In this document: positions 56,973 through 64,000 of the stretch, piece by piece
Layout: each line of letters starts with the position of its first letter
How positions within the stretch are numbered: the first letter of the stretch is position 1
Assembly (NCBI GenBank): GCA_002347025.1
Contig: DEAE01000032.1
Coordinates: 27,041 to 91,040, forward strand
DNA length: 64,000 nt
Source of the DNA: Acidobacteria bacterium UBA2990
Lineage (GTDB): Bacteria > Acidobacteriota > Vicinamibacteria > Vicinamibacterales > UBA8438
Direction: 5' to 3'
The notes under the pieces: model-generated
Database searches by the model: none
The model's input: only the letters and a program-made list of their open reading frames with translations
Told to the model about the DNA's origin: nothing
Made by a program: the position numbers and the translations under genes

Positions 56973-57443
56973 TCAGCTAATTACCAGATGGATAAAGTAG
57001 TGTGTTTCGTTCTGATTGATCCAAACACGTAGGTAATCATTTTCCCGAAGCATCTCGACTCGTGATGTTCCGCTGGATGGTGGAGTCGATTTTGCGACCT
57101 CGTCAATTTCCTCTCGTGGGACGATTGTGACAACCTCACGGCCACGGAGTTCGGCTCCTTGCCTGAATTCGGCCCAGCGTTCGAGTTCGGCTAGCTGACC
57201 CGGAACCTCAGGGTTGGCTGAGGAAGCGGTGACCTTGACCTCATAACTGCCAGATGGCAAGGTTTGGCCGTCTGCCATGACTTGTCTCGGTAATTGAATC
57301 GACCCTAAACTGACCTCGCCGGCTGGAACTACAGCACCGGCCGGTGTCGTTTGAGGGGCCTCTGTAGCTAGTAGTGCTGAATCAATTGCTAAGAGACTCA
57401 AAGCGCCTGCAACCACCATTAGGGTACAGAAGTATCGAAGCAT
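56973..57443 (-). CDS. hypothetical secreted protein
   Basis: The signal peptide is 'MLRYFCTLMVVAGALSLLAIDSALLA'. I recognise no motif. Confidence 0.45.
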   Translation of the reverse strand: MLRYFCTLMVVAGALSLLAIDSALLATEAPQTTPAGAVVPAGEVSLGSIQLPRQVMADGQTLPSGSYEVKVTASSANPEVPGQLAELERWAEFRQGAELRGREVVTIVPREEIDEVAKSTPPSSGTSRVEMLRENDYLRVWINQNETHYFIHLVIS

Positions 57444-57651
57444 GTTTCCTCCCTTGTCGGGTGTTGCGGACTGCTGGGATCAGCCGAGCCCGAGTAGGCA
57501 TATGATAGCAGAGAATGATTGGGTTTCGAGAGGCAGGCGTGCTAACCCGGGAATGGTGATAGTTCGGAATGAGTCAGGCAGGAAATCCTCCGTTTGATTC
57601 TGAGGCCGTCTCGATGAGCCTTTGTCTCGGAGTTGAACGTAGCGTATCTAG

Positions 57652-57996
57652 TCAGAGAGGTTTCGCAATTGACGACGACGGTCTCCAGCGTAGCAAAGAA
57701 AAGTGATGAATTTTACGACGGCCTACTGAGACTCCCTCGTTTCGGAGAAGCTGCTGTTTCAGGGCTAAGTTGTGATAGCCCCCCAGGCGACCACCAGCAC
57801 TAACTACCCGGTGGCAGGGTATGGTCGGTGAACTGCATTTCCTCATGATTGTGCCTACAGACCTCCAGGCTTTCGGTCGACCCGCTAGAGAGGCTATGTC
57901 TCCATAGGTAGCCACCCGTCCAGGTGGGATCAGTCGGACCATTGCGAGGACCCGAGTGGCAAAAGGGCCGAGCGAAGGAGCTTGTGCTTGGTCCAT
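57652..57996 (-). CDS. single-domain MGMT-family protein (methylated-DNA-protein-cysteine methyltransferase C-terminal domain)
   Basis: Motifs seen: 'GRVATYGDIA' and the active-site 'IPCHRVV'. Confidence 0.8.
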   Translation of the reverse strand: MDQAQAPSLGPFATRVLAMVRLIPPGRVATYGDIASLAGRPKAWRSVGTIMRKCSSPTIPCHRVVSAGGRLGGYHNLALKQQLLRNEGVSVGRRKIHHFSLLRWRPSSSIAKPL

Positions 57997-58071
57997 CAGT
58001 CATCCTAACGGTCTATCCGCTTTGCCAAAGGTCCATCTTGTGATGAAACAGGACCACTTTGCGGATGAGGG

Positions 58072-58575
58072 TCACTCAAGGGGGGTTGTTTTCCAGACCT
58101 CATGAATAACCCCGGCTTGGATCAGTTTTGTGGCAAACACGATCTGACCGGTATGGGCTGTGAAATGGAGTAGTTGATTCAAGATAAGCTCGCCGAAGGT
58201 CATTTCGTTGCCGGTGATATCTGTAGTTTCATCCATTCGAACAGCGTCGAATGCGGCGAGCACACGGTCGGCTTCCACCATGGTCGAATCGAAATGTGCC
58301 TGTAATTCCTCTTTTGCGACCGGTCCTTGTTCAGCAAACTCTGCGTCACGGTTACGTTGGTAACCATTGTTGCCGACCCCATGGCCGATATAGAAGCGAG
58401 TTGACCCACAGAGGTGCATTACGAGGTTGCCGATGGCGTTTGATTCTTCGTTTGCTCGCCACCAAAGTTGGCCGTCGTTTAGAGCGTCAAGGCAAGTCCT
58501 AACCTGTCCTGCTTGGTGAGTAACTAGACGGGCTCTCGCGATATTGAGTAGGGTTCTGTTCTTAGTTTCGGTCAT
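58072..58575 (-). CDS. DinB-fold / DUF1572-like protein
   Basis: The motif 'NAIGNLVMHLCGSTRFYI...NRDAEF...HFTAHTGQI' is present. It is a paralogue of 1135..1671. Confidence 0.7.
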   Translation of the reverse strand: MTETKNRTLLNIARARLVTHQAGQVRTCLDALNDGQLWWRANEESNAIGNLVMHLCGSTRFYIGHGVGNNGYQRNRDAEFAEQGPVAKEELQAHFDSTMVEADRVLAAFDAVRMDETTDITGNEMTFGELILNQLLHFTAHTGQIVFATKLIQAGVIHEVWKTTPLE

Positions 58576-58665
58576 TGGTTTGTGTGATGCATGCGCAAGA
58601 TAGTCTCACAAGAGATAACTGGTCCTGTTCATGACTGCAGTGCCAGTGCTAGGTGCAGCCTAGAA

Positions 58666-59121
58666 TTATGGTCGACGTAGAACCGGTAAATAGCATACCG
58701 CGGCTACAGCGACGTCGTATATCGCAGAAGCTGTGGCGTGCCAGGTTGGCAACACATTACCTGGTAGGATTTGGGACCCATGAAGCAGGTCGATGCCCGC
58801 GTGAGCTATAAAGGCTGCTGCTAGCAGAGTGAGTGCGTTGCTGGGATCTTGAGTGACTGCAATTGAGCCGATGACTAGAAACCCAACGGCTAGTGCTACA
58901 TCTAGTCCACTTCCGGTGCTCGATTCCTGGACGAGGGCTGAACCGATATATATGCCAGCCGTGAGGGTGAGCACTAGTGCTGCGAACTGAGCAAGTCGCA
59001 ATTCTGCTACTAGGCTGGCCGCGCTGTTTGTATCTGCCTTGAGAGCGGTTCGCGAAAGCCGGACCATCACTATTGCAATAGCTACAAAGGCCACAGCCAT
59101 TGCTCGGGCTCCGTCAGTCAC
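58666..59121 (-). CDS. hypothetical 4-TM membrane protein
   Basis: The 151-aa protein has four hydrophobic segments. I recognise no motif. Confidence 0.4.
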   Translation of the reverse strand: MTDGARAMAVAFVAIAIVMVRLSRTALKADTNSAASLVAELRLAQFAALVLTLTAGIYIGSALVQESSTGSGLDVALAVGFLVIGSIAVTQDPSNALTLLAAAFIAHAGIDLLHGSQILPGNVLPTWHATASAIYDVAVAAVCYLPVLRRP

Positions 59122-59432
59122 TTGAACTCCTCAAAGGTCATTACAGCTGAAGTCGTGATTGGGAGGCAGAATAATTACTAAAGCATCCAGTGTCGAACTT
59201 TCGACGGTTAGCCAGTATAACCGAAGCCTCTTCTATGTCCTTTCATCGGCAGGCTTGTTTGCATAGGCCTCCACCTAGCATCATAGCTCTAATTGAGCCG
59301 TCTTCCGATGGCTTCTGCAAGCCCTTCGCGCTAGACCGCTTCCTCCGGTATCGCGATCAAAGTTGGCCTGGATTGATTGTTATAGAGGAGAACTGCAGTT
59401 CTCCGGTTTTGTTCGCATATGATCAAGGCTCT

Positions 59433-60782
59433 ATGTTTCACTTTAGTCCTCCCATTCAGCTTCCTAGATCCACCGGTTCCCGTGTAGGGTTGGTAGCAGT
59501 TGCAGTGATGCTCGGTTGCGGCGCGCTTTGGCTTCGGGATGTTGTAGACCCACGCTGGCGTGCGGCAGCTGGGATTGTTGCATTTGTTGCTATTGCGACG
59601 TCCTGTTCAGAAAAGATCAGTGCAGTAAATTGGCGCCTCGTTATTCATGGGTTCATGCTTCAGGTTGGGCTGGCCATTTTGATCCTAAAGGTAGAGGTGG
59701 CAGGTGTCCGACCGGGGTATGAAATTTTTGCGGCTGTGGCTGCTGTAGTGACCCAGTTTCTGGCATTCACCAATGAAGGCTCACGGTTTGTATTCGGGGT
59801 GTTGGCAGATCCTGCGCAGATGGCTGAACTGTTTCCCAATGGATTCATTTTGGCCTTTGCCTCATTGCCAGTTTTAATCTTTATGTCGTCGGTGTTTATG
59901 GTGCTCTATCACCTTGGTCTATTGCAGGTAGTAGTGAAACTGATGGCGAGAGTAATGGCACGGATTATGGGGACGAGTGGTGCAGAGAGTCTGGCTGCGG
60001 CTGCTAATGTGTTTCTTGGTGTTACCGAAGCACCGCTGGTGATTCGCCCGTATATTGTGAAGATGACTCGGTCTGAACTTTTGGCGCTGATGGTAGGAGG
60101 TCTTGCGACTATTGCCGGTACGGTAATGGCGGTCTATATCAGCTTGGGGGCAGACCCGGTAAGTATGTTAGCCACTAGCGTGATGGCTGCCCCATGTGGA
60201 CTCTATCTCTCGAAAATTTTACTGCCGGAATCGAATACTCCGATTACTGCTGATACTGCAGGGGTGGTGGTGGCGCGAGAGCATGTGAATGTCATCGATG
60301 CTCTGGCTGCTGGTGCCTCAGCGGGCACCAAATTGGCAATCAATGTAGCGGCCATGTTGATCGCATTTCTTGCATTCATTGCCATGCTAGATTACGGACT
60401 TGGACTAATTAACTCGCAAATGTCACTCGCTGCTATCTTCGGTTGGTGCTTCGCCCCGGTAGCGGCGCTTCTTGGAGTGTCGTCAGCTGATCTTATTGCG
60501 GTGGCTGACCTGCTAGGTACTAAACTGGCCACTAATGAGTTCGTTGCATTCATCAAACTGAACGAAGAATATCTTGGTGTGGTAACTCTTCACACACATA
60601 TGGTGGTGACGTTCGCTCTCACAGGATTTGCAAATCTTGGCTCTGTGGCCATTCTGTTGGGCGGTATCGGTGGGCTGGCCCCGTCGAGGCGGCAAGATTT
60701 AGCGAGGTTGGGCCCGGTGGCGCTTCTCGGGGGGTTCTTAGCTACCTTGATTAACGCTTCGATAGCTTCAATTTTGCTTTGA
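59433..60782 (+). CDS. nupC: NupC/CNT-family nucleoside transporter
   Basis: ATG 59433 gives about 449 aa (the ORF opens at 59190). Motifs 'GTSGAESLAAAANVFLGVTEAPLVIRPY' and 'ATNEFVAF' are present. Confidence 0.85.
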   Translation: MFHFSPPIQLPRSTGSRVGLVAVAVMLGCGALWLRDVVDPRWRAAAGIVAFVAIATSCSEKISAVNWRLVIHGFMLQVGLAILILKVEVAGVRPGYEIFAAVAAVVTQFLAFTNEGSRFVFGVLADPAQMAELFPNGFILAFASLPVLIFMSSVFMVLYHLGLLQVVVKLMARVMARIMGTSGAESLAAAANVFLGVTEAPLVIRPYIVKMTRSELLALMVGGLATIAGTVMAVYISLGADPVSMLATSVMAAPCGLYLSKILLPESNTPITADTAGVVVAREHVNVIDALAAGASAGTKLAINVAAMLIAFLAFIAMLDYGLGLINSQMSLAAIFGWCFAPVAALLGVSSADLIAVADLLGTKLATNEFVAFIKLNEEYLGVVTLHTHMVVTFALTGFANLGSVAILLGGIGGLAPSRRQDLARLGPVALLGGFLATLINASIASILL

Positions 60783-60947
60783 CATCTCATTGCTACCGGT
60801 CGAGCCGAGCCTCTGTTGGAGGAAAGTAAGGCAGTGTATCGATGTTGACTAACAGGAGGAGTTGGTTGATAGAGAATGTTGGTCCCGAACAGCCTCGGGA
60901 TCGTTATGATATGGAATCTTGATCGCAGAAGGGTCACTATACCTTTT

Positions 60948-62003
60948 ATGTTGCCAACAATTGCTTGGGAGGATGGCGTAATCGTAATGGTAGATCAGCG
61001 GAAATTGCCTGCCCGCGAGGTCTATGTTCGCTGCAGAACTGCCCGTGAGGTGGGCAAAGCGATAACGAAAATGGTCATCCGAGGTGCACCAGCCATTGGG
61101 GTGGCCGCAGCGATGGGGTTAGCTCTCGAATTACGGCGTAGCCGGGCCTCAGGCACCAACCAATTAGCAACAGAGTTTTATCGGGCCTGCGACCTGTTGG
61201 CAGCGACTCGACCCACAGCAGTGAATCTATTTTGGGCGATTGGACGAATGAAACGAGTGTTCGCTGAAGCACTGCGAGCTGGTGGGTCTACTGATGAACT
61301 CAAGGTGTTGATTGAAGCTGAAGCGAATCAGGTCCACGACGCGGACGTGGCCAGCTGTCGTGCGCTAGGGCGTCACGGAGCGGAATTGTTTCCGGTGGAC
61401 GCCCGCGTGCTGACCCATTGTAACGCGGGGGCGTTGGCCACTGGTGGCTACGGGTCAGCCCTCGGTGTGATTCGGGCAGCTGTAGAGGCTGGGAAACGAG
61501 TTGCTGTGTATGCAGATGAAACGCGTCCGTTCCTTCAGGGTGCTCGTCTCACTGCCTGGGAGTTGGTGCGCGATGATATCGACACCACGGTTATCACCGA
61601 CGGTATGGTTGGTTCACTTATGCTTGCGGGCAAAGTCAATGTTGTGGTTGTTGGGGCCGACCGAATTGCAGCGAACGGAGATGTTGCTAACAAGATTGGT
61701 ACCTACACCGTTGCGGTGATGGCGAAGGAGCACAGTATTCCCTTCTATGTGGCCGCACCGGTGTCGACAATCGATTTGGATACGACGGATGGTTCTGGCA
61801 TTCCGATTGAGGAACGTGATGCCCGGGAAGTTAGTCACCTGGGAGCCTCGCAGCTTACGCCAGAAGGGGCTGCTATCTGGAACCCGGCTTTTGATGTCAC
61901 TCCTGCCAGTTTGATCGACGGTATTGTTACCGAACATGGTGTCTGTCGCCCTCCCTTTACTGAAAGTCTATTGAAGGCTCTGGCTCGTGCGGAGTGTCCT
62001 TAA
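60948..62003 (+). CDS. mtnA: S-methyl-5-thioribose-1-phosphate isomerase
   Basis: ATG 60948 gives 'MLPTIAWEDGVIVMVDQRKLP'. Motifs 'RGAPAIGVAAA', 'TRPTAVNL', 'THCNAGALAT' and 'VGADRIAANGDVANKIGTY' are present. Confidence 0.85.
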   Translation: MLPTIAWEDGVIVMVDQRKLPAREVYVRCRTAREVGKAITKMVIRGAPAIGVAAAMGLALELRRSRASGTNQLATEFYRACDLLAATRPTAVNLFWAIGRMKRVFAEALRAGGSTDELKVLIEAEANQVHDADVASCRALGRHGAELFPVDARVLTHCNAGALATGGYGSALGVIRAAVEAGKRVAVYADETRPFLQGARLTAWELVRDDIDTTVITDGMVGSLMLAGKVNVVVVGADRIAANGDVANKIGTYTVAVMAKEHSIPFYVAAPVSTIDLDTTDGSGIPIEERDAREVSHLGASQLTPEGAAIWNPAFDVTPASLIDGIVTEHGVCRPPFTESLLKALARAECP

Positions 62004-62055
62004 GACGAATGCATGCTGACTAACTTGGTAGTAGTGCGACCATTGTGATATCCCG

Positions 62056-63156
62056 ATGTCTAAGACAAATATTCTCGCTATTGAGACTTCATGCGACGAG
62101 ACTGCGGCAGCAGTCGCTGTTGAGAGAGGCTCTGATCGGATCTCGTGGGAGATTCTTTCAAGCGTTATTGCTTCCCAGGTGGAGATTCATCGCGAATGGG
62201 GGGGTGTGGTACCTGAATTAGCTTCCCGCCAGCACCTTCGCGATATCTGTGGGGTAGTCGAACGCGCTCTGCAAGAAAGCAGTACCGAATTAGGCCAGCT
62301 TGATGCTGTCGCCGTAACTCAAGGGCCTGGCTTGGTGGGCTCATTGTTGGTGGGTGTGTCCTTCGCTAAGGCACTGGCCGGCGCTCTTGCTAGACCGCTG
62401 GTGCCAGTGCATCATTTGGTCGGACACATTGAATCCCTCTTTCTTTGTCACCCGGATCTGCCTTTGCCGGCAGTGGTATTAGTAGTGTCTGGTGGTCACA
62501 CGAGTCTCTACTATCTACCCCAGGCAGGAACATATCGCTTGGTAGGTCGGACTAGGGACGATGCGGCTGGAGAGGCCTTTGACAAGGTAGCCAAACTGCT
62601 TGGCCTGCCCTATCCTGGCGGGCCGGTTATTGACCGAATCTCGAAGGAAGGAGACGAGCAGGCTATCAAGTTTCCAGTGGCGCGAATCACTCATGCTGAT
62701 CGGTCAGCTGCTCCGCCGACTGTTCTCCCTCCGGGTTTGTCTAGTAACCATGCTGGGCGTATGGATTTTAGTTTTAGTGGTTTGAAGACGGCAGTGGCCC
62801 GCTATTTGTACCGCCGAAACAATGGTGATTCAAATTCCATTTCTCAGAATGAGTTAGCCGACATCTGTGCTAGCTTTCAGCGAGCTGTGGTTGATGCATT
62901 ACTCGACAGGGCTTTTGAGACTTCTCGGAGGTTCAATGCTTGCAGTCTGGGAATTGCAGGTGGAGTTTCGGCAAATAGTCGATTGCGAGAGTTAGCTATT
63001 GACCGTGGTCGCCAAGAGGGCCTTCCGGTTGTCCTTCCAACCCTTCATCTTTCAACCGACAACGCGGCTATGATCGCAGCCGCTGGTCTGAGACGGTTGC
63101 GGGCTGGGGTGACGGCTGGATTGGATCTGAATGCGGAGGCAAGCTTAGCTTTGTAG
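62056..63156 (+). CDS. tsaD: tRNA N6-adenosine threonylcarbamoyltransferase
   Basis: Motifs seen: 'ILAIETSCDETAAAV', 'HHLVGHIE', 'VSGGHT', 'DFSFSGLKTA'. Confidence 0.92.
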   Translation: MSKTNILAIETSCDETAAAVAVERGSDRISWEILSSVIASQVEIHREWGGVVPELASRQHLRDICGVVERALQESSTELGQLDAVAVTQGPGLVGSLLVGVSFAKALAGALARPLVPVHHLVGHIESLFLCHPDLPLPAVVLVVSGGHTSLYYLPQAGTYRLVGRTRDDAAGEAFDKVAKLLGLPYPGGPVIDRISKEGDEQAIKFPVARITHADRSAAPPTVLPPGLSSNHAGRMDFSFSGLKTAVARYLYRRNNGDSNSISQNELADICASFQRAVVDALLDRAFETSRRFNACSLGIAGGVSANSRLRELAIDRGRQEGLPVVLPTLHLSTDNAAMIAAAGLRRLRAGVTAGLDLNAEASLAL

Positions 63157-63237
63157 GGATGCGGACTATCTGCAGAGGGAACCCGCAGGGGCTTACTTGA
63201 TGGATCTAATGGTTTTCATTCTGGATTACTGAAATCC

Positions 63238-63666
63238 ATGGTAATGAGGGAATACCCGGGCCAGCCACTGTTCGGAGTGGGAGGGGTGGTTGTTGTCGAC
63301 GGCCATGTGGTTCTCATTAAGCGAAAGCGACCCCCTCTGGCGGGTAGTTGGAGTCTCCCGGGCGGGGTTGTAGAGTTGGGAGAGTCACTACGCGATGGAC
63401 TGAGGCGCGAATTGCGTGAGGAAATTGGCATAGAGGTTCAGGTGGGACCACTTCTTGAACTGTTCGACCGAATTACCCGTGACGGCGATGGGAGGGTACG
63501 GTATCACTACATACTTGCCGACTATCTTTGCCGCCCTGTGGCTGGTGCACTTCACCACGGTTCTGATGCCGAGGCGGCCATCCTTGCCGATCCGACCAAT
63601 CTTTCTCGGTATAACCTGAGTGCGGACACTAGAGCGGTGATCGCTAGCGGGTTGGCTCTTTGTTAA
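63238..63666 (+). CDS. NUDIX hydrolase
   Basis: The Nudix box 'GGVVELGESLRDGLRRELREEIGI' is present. Confidence 0.8.
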   Translation: MVMREYPGQPLFGVGGVVVVDGHVVLIKRKRPPLAGSWSLPGGVVELGESLRDGLRRELREEIGIEVQVGPLLELFDRITRDGDGRVRYHYILADYLCRPVAGALHHGSDAEAAILADPTNLSRYNLSADTRAVIASGLALC

Positions 63667-63678
63667 CATCACAGTGGG

Positions 63679-63706
63679 AGCTCCCCCCCAGGAGCTATCT
63701 TTTCTT
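63679..63706 (+). terminator. probable intrinsic terminator
   Basis: AGCTCC-cccccA-GGAGCT is followed by ATCTTTTCTT, 13 nt after the Nudix stop. Confidence 0.45.
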
Positions 63707-63890
63707 GGTCAGGATCGAAACCGCAAATGCAGCTTGTAGTTGCCGCCGCCGGGTTCCCTGCTCTGCGTTCGCGGAGGGCAGGTATACTTGTGCCATTAGT
63801 CTGTAGAAAACTAGCGGTTGTATCACTGATTCATGTCTGAGCGATAAGACTGTTTGGCCGCCTTGTTAGTAGCCGTTTTGTAATCTGTTC

Positions 63891-64000
63891 ATGCCTTGGT
63901 ACCGACGAAGTCACTGGCGTATCCTCATCGCTCTCGGGTTTGGTCTCTGTTACGGTGTTGTTGCCGCCTATGCTGGATGGCAAGACTTCACTGCGGCTTG
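63891..64000 (+). CDS. 5' end of a membrane protein gene (possibly a cation symporter), truncated by the window edge
   Basis: The ATG ORF 'MPWYRRSHWRILIALGFGLCYGVVAAYAGWQDFTAA' runs off the window. Its N-terminus resembles dicarboxylate/amino-acid:cation symporters. Confidence 0.35.
   Translation, partial: MPWYRRSHWRILIALGFGLCYGVVAAYAGWQDFTAA

Noticed and set aside
59190-59432. 81-codon N-terminal extension of the NupC ORF
   Set aside because: The extension has no transporter-like features. ATG 59433 gives a protein of normal CNT length, starting just before the first hydrophobic segment.
1-64000. CRISPR arrays, tandem repeats, IS elements, prophage or known defence genes
   Set aside because: Reading both strands, I found no regularly spaced direct repeats, transposase, integrase or reverse-transcriptase motifs, or phage structural genes. 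Absence by eye is not proof, and a repeat finder should confirm it.

Overview
This 64-kb window looks chromosomal and comes from a moderate-GC, diderm-type bacterium. A spot count of one 60-nt stretch inside a conserved gene gave 33/60 G+C. I can support about 55 protein-coding genes, one tRNA-Leu(CAG) and a few hairpins or terminators. I recognised no rRNA, CRISPR array, transposase, integrase, phage gene or known defence system. Left to right the window contains: small DUF2007-like and DinB-like proteins; an active plus inactive M16 peptidase pair; a LarE-like PP-loop enzyme divergent from a His-rich NicO/RcnA-like transporter; a CaCA antiporter; a NifS-like cysteine desulfurase; a HAD phosphatase and a PaaI thioesterase; a soluble PQQ quinoprotein; a cluster of four GT-C-like polytopic membrane proteins; an RRM RNA-binding protein that appears to initiate at AUU; a methyltransferase, an EEP hydrolase and an amidase; a second PQQ quinoprotein operon (lactonase, beta-lactamase-fold hydrolase, HDHPW protein); two convergent paralogues of an uncharacterised secreted 'P(D/N)LQGTW...YACHEGNY' family; PBP1A; an EamA transporter; an SDR; a DmsABC-D-like molybdoenzyme operon with atypical cofactor-ligand motifs; tRNA-Leu; SppA; PpiD; the mreB-mreC-mreD-mrdA-rodA-rng cell-shape cluster; MGMT; NupC; MtnA; TsaD; and Nudix. 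The best candidates for new biology are: (1) the stand-alone cluster of four GT-C-like membrane proteins at 12.8-20.9 kb; (2) the Dms-type molybdoenzyme with a 3-Cys FS0 motif and Cys-Cys at the Dms Ser-ligand position; (3) the secreted CHEGN-motif paralogue pair; (4) the tightly coupled quinoprotein-lactonase-hydrolase-HDHPW operon; (5) the AUU-initiated RRM gene. All calls come from reading motifs by eye, with no database search, so family names are hypotheses to confirm with HMM or structure searches.
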